Origin: Pedobacter sp. | GTDB lineage: Bacteria > Desulfobacterota > Desulfuromonadia > Desulfuromonadales > Syntrophotaleaceae | Assembly (NCBI GenBank): GCA_050253415.1 | Contig: JBFWJC010000001.1 | Coordinates: 512,001-576,000 of the forward strand | Direction of reading: 5' to 3' | Length of the DNA stretch: 64,000 nucleotides | Shown here: positions 47,094 to 56,980 of the stretch, in pieces | Layout of the letters: every line of letters starts with the position of its first letter | Numbering within the stretch: position 1 is the first letter of the stretch | Translations under genes and position numbers: made by a program | The notes under the pieces: model-generated | Databases searched by the model: none | The model's input: only the letters and a program-made list of their open reading frames with translations | Told to the model about the DNA's origin: nothing

Positions 47094-48725
47094 TTAAAAC
47101 CGGTAATTTACCCAAAACCCAAGGAAGTTTTGAGTGGCACTGACGTCCTTTTTGTACAGCGGCATTGCATAGTAGATAGCAAGGTCAACAGCATCCGCTG
47201 TAAGCTTGATCCCGATGGTATCGCTTAAAAGGGTTCCACCCTTTGAATCTTCTTCTTTTTTGATCCTTCCTCCATCCAAGGCAACAAAACAGGTCGGGAA
47301 AAAAACGCCTGCAAACCTGTGACTGGATGTGTAGGAAGCCTCGTTTCGGACATAGAAGCCACTGTTTCCGTTCAATCCTTCCTTCGCATAGCCCCTTACG
47401 CTGTATGGACCGCCGATGCTGATTTGATTGGTGCTGAAGAGACGATCCTCGGAGTGCTGATAATGTGCGTCGAGGGTGTATTGAAAGGCTGCGATTCGTT
47501 TTGCGAGGGAGAGGTCAACCGTACAAAGTGAATATTTTTCATCGAGGTTTGTTGGATTGTGTGCGTTAAACCAATCAACTCCCTGGGTGTATTGCAGTTC
47601 AAGAAATGCGTAAAACCCAACCGTTTGATAGAGATAATCCAGCCTAGCCCCAGTTTTTGAAAGGGTATAGCTGGACGTTTCTATGAGGGTGTCACTTATG
47701 AAATTGCTGCTTTTGTACCGAGAGACGAAGGAGCCAAGGTTTATTCGATTGTGTTGATCATGGTAGAGTTTATAGGCCAGATCCAGAGTGAATGTGTAGG
47801 TGCTTCCGTGGGATTTATAGATTGAAATGCCTGCAGGAATGTCTTGTTCGTACTTTGTTTTGTTGTAACTTAGCGTGGTTAATAATCGTCTGATGGGGAA
47901 GGAGTACGCGTAGGAATCGCCTGTAGAATTTTCACCATCGAAGTGTTTGTTGGTACTATTGAGATGAATGGATAGCTGATCGTTAATTTTCAGGGGATTA
48001 TCCAGAAACAGTCTAAGCGTTCCTTGAAATTTTCCTGTGTTATGTGTACCGAAATTATTTAGTCCCAAGATGCCGTGAATTCGGCGTGATGGTTGATTTT
48101 GGATAGTGACGTGTGTTTGTCCCACCTCGGATCCTGGCGCAAGTTCCATCGTTGCATGATTGCTTGGCAGTCGGTTGATTGTTTCGATGGATCTTTCAAG
48201 GTCTCGGAGATTTAAATGGCGGTTATTTTGTCCCCAAAAAGCGCTGTTTATGTAGAGTTTGTCAGGAGTGATGCTTTCGATATTGCCCTCAACGGCATGA
48301 AGTGTAACCTCTCCGTGGACGATGTTTTGCGGTTTGAGATACACTTGTGAGGTAATGTACCCTTTTTCGATGTAGAGTGCGGTAAATTGGCGTGCCAAGT
48401 TAGACAAATCTGTGAGTGTATTGCAACGCCCGATGTAGGCATCAAATAGGGCTTTTTTTTCTTTCTGAGAGAGAAGAGTAATGGTGGTTTCATGGATGGA
48501 CTTTATTTCAAAGCACTGTTCGTCTTGGCTGGGCAGTAAAACAGGTTTGTCAACATCCACATAGGGAATGGTTTCATGGCGATGTTGTTCCAGTCGCTCA
48601 AACACCTCTTTTTGTCTTTTAAGCTGCTCGGTTTTTTGAATGACGTCTAGTGCCTCGTCCGAAAATACCGGGCCAGGCACGAGCAAAAGCAAAAAAAGGG
48701 ATAAGGCACTTAGCCTTGTATACAT
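47094..48725 (-). CDS. TpsB / ShlB-FhaC-HecB family outer-membrane transporter
   Basis: POTRA (YIEKGYITS...VEG, LNLRDLE), IGGPYSVRGY motif, C-terminal Phe. Confidence 0.92.
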   Translation of the reverse strand: MYTRLSALSLFLLLLVPGPVFSDEALDVIQKTEQLKRQKEVFERLEQHRHETIPYVDVDKPVLLPSQDEQCFEIKSIHETTITLLSQKEKKALFDAYIGRCNTLTDLSNLARQFTALYIEKGYITSQVYLKPQNIVHGEVTLHAVEGNIESITPDKLYINSAFWGQNNRHLNLRDLERSIETINRLPSNHATMELAPGSEVGQTHVTIQNQPSRRIHGILGLNNFGTHNTGKFQGTLRLFLDNPLKINDQLSIHLNSTNKHFDGENSTGDSYAYSFPIRRLLTTLSYNKTKYEQDIPAGISIYKSHGSTYTFTLDLAYKLYHDQHNRINLGSFVSRYKSSNFISDTLIETSSYTLSKTGARLDYLYQTVGFYAFLELQYTQGVDWFNAHNPTNLDEKYSLCTVDLSLAKRIAAFQYTLDAHYQHSEDRLFSTNQISIGGPYSVRGYAKEGLNGNSGFYVRNEASYTSSHRFAGVFFPTCFVALDGGRIKKEEDSKGGTLLSDTIGIKLTADAVDLAIYYAMPLYKKDVSATQNFLGFWVNYRF

Positions 48726-48981
48726 GGATTTCCTCTTGATTTCAGTATCCCAAGCTGTTGAGTCCGGCCACCGTTCTAATTTCCCAAATTAGGATCCAAG
48801 TAAGCGTCTCGCTACATTATGCGTTTTTAATTTATCAACATCGCAAACACGTCACATTTTGTCAATGTTTTTTAATTTAAGAACATCAATCATATGCTCT
48901 GTAAACGGATATTGGATTCCAAGGGTTTAAGTTTTCCCTTTGCTCTAGCCATCCTCCCACCATTCTGCAATAATCCCCGCC

Positions 48982-49926
48982 ATGCAAATCATTCACGAAG
49001 AAATCATGCGGCACCTGCCGAGAAACGGCGAAACGCGGCGTCTGTTTCACGGACGCGGCCAATGTTTTGCCGGGTATGAAGACCTGGTGATCGACTATTT
49101 CCCGCCGGTGGTCATGGTGATCCTTTATCGTCAACGGCCGCAGGCCTGGTTGGACGAACTGACCCGGTTGCTGGTTAGCGTTTTGCCGGACCAGCCCAGT
49201 GCGATCGTTCTGCAGGAGCGTTTTTTGCCCAACGGTCCGAGCCGCTTGCTGCAAGGGGCTTTGCCTGAAAACCTGGAGGCCAGAGAGGCGGGATTGTCGT
49301 TCCGGTTGCGCCTCGGTGAAGCGCAGAATGTCGGGTTTTTCCCGGACATGGCGGTGGGGCGCAAGTTGGTGCGCGAACGGGCGGCGGGCAAGCGCGTGCT
49401 GAATCTGTTTGCCTACAGTTGCAGCTTTTCCGTTGCAGCGCTGGCCGGCGGGGCGACCCAGGTGGTTAATCTCGACATGAATCGCGGCGCGCTGGAACTC
49501 GGCAGACTCAATCATCAAATCAACGGCATCGACCTGCGCCGGGCCAGTTTCCTGTCGGTGGAGTTTTTCCGCAGCCTCGGTAAAGTGCGGAAACTGGGTC
49601 CGTTTGATCTGGTGATCTGCGACCCGCCCGCATCGCAGGGCAAAAGTTTTACCGCAGAGCGACACTGGCCCAAGCTGGTACGCAGCCTGCCGGATCTGCT
49701 CGCCCCCGGCGGGGAGATCGTGGCCTGCCTCAATGCGCCCAATCTGGGGCCGGACTACCTTGATCGGTTGCTGACGGAGACTTTTCCATTGGCGGAAAAT
49801 CTCGGTTTGTATCGCCCCGGCGAAGATTTCCCCGAAGCCCATCCCGACTGCAGCGTTTCCTTGCACCATTACCGCTTACCCGAGGTTTCCAACGGGCAGG
49901 CTGCGCATCGCAAGACGGGACCTTGA
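48982..49926 (+). CDS. Class I SAM-dependent methyltransferase (RlmI/RlmK-like)
   Basis: RRLFHGRG, GFFPDM, VLNLFAYSCSFS and ICDPP. Confidence 0.85.
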   Translation: MQIIHEEIMRHLPRNGETRRLFHGRGQCFAGYEDLVIDYFPPVVMVILYRQRPQAWLDELTRLLVSVLPDQPSAIVLQERFLPNGPSRLLQGALPENLEAREAGLSFRLRLGEAQNVGFFPDMAVGRKLVRERAAGKRVLNLFAYSCSFSVAALAGGATQVVNLDMNRGALELGRLNHQINGIDLRRASFLSVEFFRSLGKVRKLGPFDLVICDPPASQGKSFTAERHWPKLVRSLPDLLAPGGEIVACLNAPNLGPDYLDRLLTETFPLAENLGLYRPGEDFPEAHPDCSVSLHHYRLPEVSNGQAAHRKTGP

Positions 49927-50112
49927 TTTAGTCCCGGGTCACTTGTTTGGTGGCAGGCTACTTCGCTTAGATGAACGTCTCCGACATGCTGAGATCGTTC
50001 GACTCAACCCCGACAGAAAAAGGTCCCCCGAAGAGGACCTTTGTCGTGACGCAGCATAATGAAAATGAGGCGACAACTAGCTTGTCGCCGCCCCATGCGA
50101 TATTGAGAATTT

Positions 50113-51420
50113 TTATTCACTGTCTCTTCTTTCGATCTTAACCCTCCTGATCGCTGTACCGGTGACTTTGACGCATGTCAGTAGATAGTCTCCCCAGTAT
50201 ACTCGCTCCCCTTCCGAGGGGATGTGCCCCAGTTCAAAGAGAATCAGTCCGGCCAGGGTTTCATAGGGGCGCCCTTTGGCAAAACGAACCTCGAGCAGTT
50301 CCTGCAGGTCGATGAGGGGAATCAGGGCGTCGACGAGATATCCGCCGTCTTTGAGATGCTGAATGCGCTTTGGTTCAACGATATCGTGTTCATCCTCAAT
50401 TTCCCCGACCAGCTCTTCCAACAGGTCTTCGGTGGTGGCCAGTCCTGTGATGCTGCCGTACTCGTCCACCACCAAAGCCATGTGGAGGCGATTGCGCTGC
50501 ATTTCCCGCAAAAGATCACTTATTTTCTTTGATTCGGGAACAAAAAAGGCAGGCCGGATGAATTTTTCAGGGTCAAAATCGAGATCTTGCACCGCCTGTC
50601 CCAGAAGGTCCTTACTATGGATGAATCCCACCACGTTATCGATTTCTCCGCGATAGGCCGGAAACCTCGAATATTGGCCTTTCAAAACCAGCTTCAGAAT
50701 CTCCTCCCGGCTCTGCGCCAGATCCAGCCCAAGGATACGGGGACGTGAGACCATGACCTCGTGCACCTGCGTCTGAGAAAAATCGAACACGTTTTGAATG
50801 AATTTCTGTTCTCCGGATGTGACCTCCCCGGTTTCCCTGCCCTCGGCCAGGAGGTGCTGAATCTCCTCTTTGGTGACGAAGGCTCGCTCCCCTGTTCCCC
50901 TAATCCCCAGGAGGGCTAGAACCGCCCGGCTTGATATGGTGAGGATGAAAACCGCTACCCCTGCGATGCGGGCGAGAAAGTGGATCGGCTTGGCCACGGC
51001 GAGCACGATTTTTTCCGAATGCTCCAGAGCGAGGGCCTTGGGCACCAACTCGCCGAGGATCAGGGAGAGGTAGGCGATAAAGCCGACCACCAGAAAGAGA
51101 GCAATAGGTTCGGCGGCATCGCTGATCATGGGAAACGGTGCCCTTTGCAGAAGCGGCATGATCACTTCGATGGCGGTGATACCGCCGACGGCGGAGGCCA
51201 TGGTCCCGACCAGGGTGACGCCGATCTGTACCGTAGCCAAAAAGCGGTGCGGATCGGCGTGCAGCTGCTCGACGATTTTAGCCCGCTTGTTCCCCTCTGC
51301 AACCAATTGGGCAATGCGGCCGCGGCGCACCGAGACGATGGCGAGTTCTGCGCCGGCAAAAAATCCGTTGGCCAGAATGAGAAGTAAAACGATGACGAGT
51401 TCGAGCCAGAATGATTCCAT
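50113..51420 (-). CDS. Hemolysin-family / CNNM protein (DUF21-CBS-CorC_HlyC)
   Basis: ANGFFAGAE, GELVPK, CBS pair, VVDEYG...EDLLEELVGEIEDEHD and TLAGL. Confidence 0.92.
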   Translation of the reverse strand: MESFWLELVIVLLLILANGFFAGAELAIVSVRRGRIAQLVAEGNKRAKIVEQLHADPHRFLATVQIGVTLVGTMASAVGGITAIEVIMPLLQRAPFPMISDAAEPIALFLVVGFIAYLSLILGELVPKALALEHSEKIVLAVAKPIHFLARIAGVAVFILTISSRAVLALLGIRGTGERAFVTKEEIQHLLAEGRETGEVTSGEQKFIQNVFDFSQTQVHEVMVSRPRILGLDLAQSREEILKLVLKGQYSRFPAYRGEIDNVVGFIHSKDLLGQAVQDLDFDPEKFIRPAFFVPESKKISDLLREMQRNRLHMALVVDEYGSITGLATTEDLLEELVGEIEDEHDIVEPKRIQHLKDGGYLVDALIPLIDLQELLEVRFAKGRPYETLAGLILFELGHIPSEGERVYWGDYLLTCVKVTGTAIRRVKIERRDSE

Positions 51421-51720
51421 ACAAAGTCCTTCAATTCCTTATTTTGACCCGGGGGGAGACTTTCTCACGCATACTTCGCCTTTGCCAGGGCAGTCCAGGC
51501 CGTGCTTGAGGAAGGGAAACCGGTAGGTGATGCCAACCAAAGCGAAGTAGAGTTCCCATGGACTGAGATTGGCCAAGGCGATAAAAGTATAGACGATTAA
51601 CGGGGCGATGGTGATGGCAAAAATGACCGAGTTAAAATCGAGCACAAACATTACCTCGGTATCTTTCCCCGGGATGCGGACGATCAGTCCCCGTATCTGG
51701 GTGCCCGGTTTACTTGGCTT

Positions 51721-51880
51721 TTATTGAGCCAGCAAAGCCGCGGTTTCGGCCAACGCTTTGTCCTTGCGCCTGAGTTCCTTGTTCAACTTCTGGATACGCT
51801 TGCCATCGATATGCTTAACCGGTTGGATTCAAGGCTAACCAGCATCTGGTCGCGCTACTGCTGAAGTTGGGCGTTATGCA
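51721..51880 (-). mobile_element. IS3-family OrfA remnant
   Basis: Minus-strand translation KRIQKLNKELRRKDKALAETAALL; upstream QLQQ*RDQ; stops and deletions. Confidence 0.65.
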
Positions 51881-52003
51881 ATTCCCGCATGACGAAAAAA
51901 TCCCACGAAATATATTAAGCGGGATTTTTGTGTCTAATAGAAGATGTTTGTGGGATGGTTATCAAGTTCGGTTAGTGAAGGCTTTGAAGCCTGAGATGAA
52001 ATG

Positions 52004-52492
52004 CTATTTTGTGTTTTCCTCAATGGGTTGAGAAGGACTGATAAAGGCGCGTCCTTGGCTTCCAACCATTACACATTCAATGATAGGTATATTAACAGGT
52101 TTGGCGGCATTCCAGCGAATAAGGAAGTTTGCACCGACTCCTCCTTCTTGATCACGTTCGGAAAGATAAAGATAGACTGTTTCCAAAGGGGCCAGTTTCA
52201 CAGGTTTTGTATAAAAACTTTTTATAAGGACTCCCTTCGTATTATAGTAGTCCGCTACCGAAACTCGAATTTCATTGTGCAGGTCTGTATTTCTGATTAT
52301 CAGCGTGTTGGAGAGATGGACAGGGACTTTTCTGGGACCGGCAATAACATTAGAATAAACCGGAACATAAACGGTCTGTCCTTTAGCCAAGAGGATCTCT
52401 GCTGCCTCAAGAAAGCTTGGATAAAAATTGACCAAGAAAACGGCTGAGATAATGAAGAAAATCCATTTAATCGAATGCTTTTTGACACCCAT
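52004..52492 (-). CDS. DUF3124 domain protein
   Basis: GQTVYVPVYS, IRNTD, GGVGANF and PIIECVM. Confidence 0.88.
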   Translation of the reverse strand: MGVKKHSIKWIFFIISAVFLVNFYPSFLEAAEILLAKGQTVYVPVYSNVIAGPRKVPVHLSNTLIIRNTDLHNEIRVSVADYYNTKGVLIKSFYTKPVKLAPLETVYLYLSERDQEGGVGANFLIRWNAAKPVNIPIIECVMVGSQGRAFISPSQPIEENTK

Positions 52493-52913
52493 ATATCACC
52501 CCTGCATTTTATCCAGATGCTATGCTCATAAATTAAAATCACTCGTTTCTCGAGGAGCAGTTTAACACAGGGACCATTTTTTGCTATCGCACTATTTATA
52601 AAGAGAATAGTTAAAAACCAGCCTTCTCGGCTGAGTTGAAGCATAAGTTAAGGTGTCCACCGTTGGTTATGTTGCAGAAGAAAAATCGCTCTTTAATCCA
52701 AAATTCCTTCATAGCCTGGTTTATAGGCCTCCCCGATTCAGGGATCGAAGGTTTTTCTTGTCCGTTGGGTGGTAAATCAAAAGACCGAAAGTCCAAATTG
52801 CGCGAGAGAAACAGCCTGCTCAGTCGTCTAAGCCAACCTTAGCAGGATAAGGCTTTACTCAGGCAGGGCTGTTAAATAGGTGGTAACGTTTTGATGGAAG
52901 TTTATGAGGTCTT

Positions 52914-53351
52914 TTGTTTTTGAATATTCAGCCTGTACCGTTAGAGAAAAGGGATTCTCTTGATCTATCGCTCTGCCGCGAATGTGGCGGCCGTTGCTGT
53001 CAGGGAAGTCCCGGAATATGGGTTGATCCGGAGCGATTTTTCGCTCTGTTTTTTGCGGGGCAACGTTTGACGCTTGCGCAACTGCGCGGACAACTGTCCG
53101 ACCTGGGCTTGGTGTTGTGGGGCAACAGCGGTGTGCCGATCCCTGCCCCCCGGTCATTGAATTCGGGGTGCGCGTTTCTCGGGGTTGACGGTTGTCGTTT
53201 GTCGGTCGCTGAGAGGCCTTGCCAATGTCTGGCATTGATTCCCGTCAAAGAGACCCTCGATCAACAACGGGGCTGTCTGTGCAAGTTGCCGGAGGCTTTC
53301 AGTCGGGATGCAGGCCGGGAGCGCTGGCGGAAATACTGGCAGACGGTTTAA
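52914..53351 (+). CDS. Cys-cluster protein (CxxCxxxCC, YkgJ-like)
   Basis: CRECGGRCC, CAFL...GC...RPCQC. Start uncertain. Confidence 0.7.
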   Translation: MFLNIQPVPLEKRDSLDLSLCRECGGRCCQGSPGIWVDPERFFALFFAGQRLTLAQLRGQLSDLGLVLWGNSGVPIPAPRSLNSGCAFLGVDGCRLSVAERPCQCLALIPVKETLDQQRGCLCKLPEAFSRDAGRERWRKYWQTV

Positions 53352-53503
53352 CGTCTGGTCGCCCGGTACGATACTCTCGCCGCAGTAGGCATCCCTGCTT
53401 ACCCATCCCTGAACTTTTGCGATAGTATCAAGATTGGACAAGAGACTGTAGATTGGGTAACAATAGGTTTTTTCATATTTGAAGTCATACAAGGAGATTT
53501 ATC

Positions 53504-53785
53504 ATGGCGAGAGCACGTGCCCGGCACATCCTGGTGCCTACCGAGGAAGAATGCATTACCCTGAAGAATAAGATCGAAGCTGGTGAAGATTTTGCCGATA
53601 TCGCCAAAAAGTACTCCAAGTGCCCCTCCGGCAGAAAAGGTGGCGCTCTTGGTGAATTTTTCCCCGGTCAGATGGTCAAAGAATTTGACGAAGTGGTTTT
53701 TTCCGGTGAAGTCGGCAAGGTTCTCGGCCCGGTGAAAACTCAGTTCGGCTACCATTTGATTGAAATCACCGGCCGCGTAGACTGA
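53504..53785 (+). CDS. ppiC: Parvulin-type peptidyl-prolyl isomerase
   Basis: ARHILV, SKCPSG..GG.LG, MVKEFD and TQFGYHLI. Confidence 0.92.
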   Translation: MARARARHILVPTEEECITLKNKIEAGEDFADIAKKYSKCPSGRKGGALGEFFPGQMVKEFDEVVFSGEVGKVLGPVKTQFGYHLIEITGRVD

Positions 53786-53887
53786 GAATTACCATGACAG
53801 CCCTGTGGGGCGGGCAGTGCCCGCCTCACACCCTGAAAGGCCTCTTGGTTTGTCCCGCCTGACACATCTCATCCTCCCGTCCAGCAA

Positions 53888-54568
53888 GTGACTGAAATGA
53901 TTTTACAACTAATGGAAATGCTCGATGCGGTGCAAGGCGAGGTGGTTTTCTTCGTCGAAGACGGACCGCTTAAAACCAAACTGGTCGATCGCTACCTGGA
54001 GGAAGACGACGCGCATGCCGAGATCTTCGACTTTGAACTCCACGCGTCGGTTCGCATCAGGCGGGACGAGGGCGGGGCTGTCCCGGTCTTTGAATGCCGA
54101 TTGGAGACAGGCGATTTCCAGTACCAGACCGTTTTGGCGGTCGGGGATTTGGATGCGGATCAAATAACCGAACTGATGGATCGGCTGCGGCCGCTTTGTC
54201 CGGTTTTGCCCAAAAAAGACGGTCGCCCCCGCAGGAACATTCTCAGGAAGAAAAATGGCCGCGGCTTGCTCAACCTCTCCGACGCTTCAAAGGCCCTTGG
54301 CCTCTCCCCCAGGGGCTTGAAGTCGCTGATTCCCTGCAGTGAAATACGGGTCGCGGAGGAACATGGCGAGAAGACCATCGAGGAATACTACTGGGAAAAG
54401 GATTTGGTCGGCAGGTTCCAAACCTTGTGGGCGGAGCATAAACAGGGTCGCGGTTATAAGCGCGAGGATGTGACCTTCATCGCGCAATGGTGCTGTGATG
54501 GCGACATGCAATGGGCCCGGGACCCGATTGCTGAATTTGTGGAACAGCGCACCCTGTGTGGGGACTGA
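53888..54568 (+). CDS. Hypothetical protein, possible C-terminal HTH
   Basis: 226-aa ORF; LLNLSDASKALGLSPRGL is HTH-like. Confidence 0.55.
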   Translation: MTEMILQLMEMLDAVQGEVVFFVEDGPLKTKLVDRYLEEDDAHAEIFDFELHASVRIRRDEGGAVPVFECRLETGDFQYQTVLAVGDLDADQITELMDRLRPLCPVLPKKDGRPRRNILRKKNGRGLLNLSDASKALGLSPRGLKSLIPCSEIRVAEEHGEKTIEEYYWEKDLVGRFQTLWAEHKQGRGYKREDVTFIAQWCCDGDMQWARDPIAEFVEQRTLCGD

Positions 54569-54681
54569 ACCTTTCAAATCTGGCGGGTATGTGATTACCC
54601 CGACCCGACCGGACCGCGATGCTCCCATTCAACAGAGGTACCGGAATCGGGCCTCGCGTGTAAATATTCATGGTGCAGGTT

Positions 54682-55197
54682 TCATAATCGCAGTTCGATA
54701 CGTGGAAACTCGCCGCGATCCTCATGCAGACAGCGTTGCACTTCCGTAATCAATGGCGCAACCTCGATGCCGAGATAGGTCCCCTTGACCAGGGAGAGTT
54801 TTTCTATGCCGGCCCGGGTGAGGGACTGCGCCCCTTGCGGTTCACCGATGAAGCGCTTTAGCTGGGCAGCCGCCAGCTGGATCAACCCCTGCACGAATCG
54901 ACCGCATACGGTCGATCTTTGCCCCGCCGCCAGCCACACCATTTCAAACACCTCATGCGCCTCCCACCAGTAACCGTGATTGAACAGGTCGATGCCGTAC
55001 AGATAGGGCTCGCAATTGCGCCAGTCGTCAGGACGAAAGTGTGGCAGGTCGTCCTGCGCTTTCAGACGGGGGTGTCCTGTCGCAGTGCTACGTGGATGGG
55101 CGCCGGGGGCCCCGGCCAGGTGGGGAAGGTAGCGGATAGGTGGGAACGGGCGTTGCGTATAACGCGGTAGCTCGGGTTTGGTGAAGAGCGGCTCCAT
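54682..55197 (-). CDS. DUF309 domain protein
   Basis: GIDLFNHGYWWEAHEVFE.VW and QGLIQLAAA. Confidence 0.88.
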   Translation of the reverse strand: MEPLFTKPELPRYTQRPFPPIRYLPHLAGAPGAHPRSTATGHPRLKAQDDLPHFRPDDWRNCEPYLYGIDLFNHGYWWEAHEVFEMVWLAAGQRSTVCGRFVQGLIQLAAAQLKRFIGEPQGAQSLTRAGIEKLSLVKGTYLGIEVAPLITEVQRCLHEDRGEFPRIELRL

Positions 55198-55330
55198 GCG
55201 TGGGTTCCCGTTTGTTTTGACCTAACCCTGTGACATTGCCGCAGGTGATCGCGGAGTCGGGGGGGCGACCCCGCGATCTTGATGTCGAAGGTTTAAATGT
55301 TTGTTTCTGATTTTTTCGGCACCGTCCGGT

Positions 55331-56200
55331 TCAGCGTGGCTGGTAATAGCCCATCGCCTCGGGCAGCAGAGCGTTGAGTTGCTGGATGCGGGTCTGGTCG
55401 GTCGGGTGCGTGCTGAGAAATTCGGGCACCCCGGCTCCGCCCTGCTGGGCCATGCGCTGCCACACTTCGATGGCCGCATGGGGGTCGTAACCGGCCATGG
55501 CCATAAAGATGAGACCGAGGTGGTCGGCTTCGCTTTCCTGCAGGCGACTATAGGGGAGCACGACGCCAAGGGTCGCTCCCACTCCGAACACCTTCATCCA
55601 CAGGGCCTGACTCGCCTCGGGTTGGCTGGCCAGCACCGCCGAAAGGGCCTGCCCTCCCATCTGAGTCAGCAGTTCCTGACTCATTCGTTCATTACCGTGC
55701 CGGGCGATGACGTGTGCGACCTCGTGCGCCATGACCGCAGCCAGGCCGGCTTCATCGCGGGTGATAGGCAAAATTCCGCTGTAAACGGTGACTTTCCCCC
55801 CCGGCATGGCCCAGGCGTTAACCTCCGGACTATTCACCAGGCTGAATTCCCACTGGTAGCCGGACAGTTGGCTGAGCTGGTTGCGGTTGGTTAAAAACTG
55901 CTCGACCGCGCTGCGGATGCGCTCGCCGACCCTCTGCACCATGGCGCTTTCCCGGGTGTTGCGGATCACCTCGTGGCTGGTGAGGAATTCATCGTATTGT
56001 TGTTGGCTGGCAGCGGTCAGGGTGCCTTCGGATACCAGGTTGAGCTGCTGGCGCTGGGTAAAGGGGACGGTGCTGCAGCCCCCGACCAGAAGGACCAATG
56101 CGCACAGGAGGATATGCCGATATCTGCTGCATCGTGCAGGTTGTCTTATGGCGGGGGCAGTACCCCGAGAGCCGATTACCGTTGGTCTGAATTGATTCAT
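55331..56200 (-). CDS. M48 family metallopeptidase (lipoprotein)
   Basis: Lipobox LVGGC; NAWAMPGG, HEVAH, ESEAD and LSTHP. Confidence 0.92.
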   Translation of the reverse strand: MNQFRPTVIGSRGTAPAIRQPARCSRYRHILLCALVLLVGGCSTVPFTQRQQLNLVSEGTLTAASQQQYDEFLTSHEVIRNTRESAMVQRVGERIRSAVEQFLTNRNQLSQLSGYQWEFSLVNSPEVNAWAMPGGKVTVYSGILPITRDEAGLAAVMAHEVAHVIARHGNERMSQELLTQMGGQALSAVLASQPEASQALWMKVFGVGATLGVVLPYSRLQESEADHLGLIFMAMAGYDPHAAIEVWQRMAQQGGAGVPEFLSTHPTDQTRIQQLNALLPEAMGYYQPR

Positions 56201-56366
56201 GGCCACTCTCCTTGATGAGCATGACTACTGACACCATCAAGTGTTCCAGAATTCTGCGTACAGTCAACAGCCTGGTCCAACGATTTGGCAACAGGGTTAA
56301 AAGCCGGGGGCTATCAATGGAATGAACAGGTAACCGATATTTGTTTAACTTTTTGCAGGGGTAGAC

Positions 56367-56882
56367 TCAGCGTCCTTTTTTACCCTGCACTTTGGGCGCC
56401 TTTGCCGCCGTTTTAAACTCTGGCTCATAGCCGATCACGAAACTGCTGGCGGTTTCGTTGCGCATACTCAGGAAATGAGCATTGTTTTTATCAAACGGAC
56501 AAACGGGTACTTTACAGGGTTCGAAACCGAACTTTTTATAAAAACGCGGTTGCCCCAGCACGAACAGCGGCTGATTCTTGATCGGCTCCTGCCGTAATGC
56601 AAATCGGAGCAGTTCCGATCCCACCCCCTGTTTTTGAAACTCGGGGGTCACCGCCATGGGCGCCAGGTGCAAGCCGCAAATCTCACTGCCATGGTAGGCC
56701 TGGGTGAAGGCGATGTAGGCGATGGCCTTGTTGGTCTGGATGCACACCCATTCATGCACCAGGGTGCCGTTTTCATGGAGCTTTTGAACCAGATCGGCTT
56801 CGTATTCGCTGCGGGGAAAGGCACGGCGCAACAGGGCGTAGACCTTGGCGCGGTTTTGTTCCGTCAATTTCTGTATCTTCAT
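56367..56882 (-). CDS. GNAT family acetyltransferase (YhbS-like)
   Basis: LAPMAVTPEFQKQGVGSEL and VLGQPRFYKKFGF. Confidence 0.88.
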   Translation of the reverse strand: MKIQKLTEQNRAKVYALLRRAFPRSEYEADLVQKLHENGTLVHEWVCIQTNKAIAYIAFTQAYHGSEICGLHLAPMAVTPEFQKQGVGSELLRFALRQEPIKNQPLFVLGQPRFYKKFGFEPCKVPVCPFDKNNAHFLSMRNETASSFVIGYEPEFKTAAKAPKVQGKKGR

Positions 56883-56980
56883 ATCAGGCTCCCAGTGTCC
56901 CGTTTGGGTCGTCGTGTCAAATAATTCTGAGGCATTTTGGGTCTTGCCAAGGCAGGTTAACGCTGGCGCAACGCTCCTCG

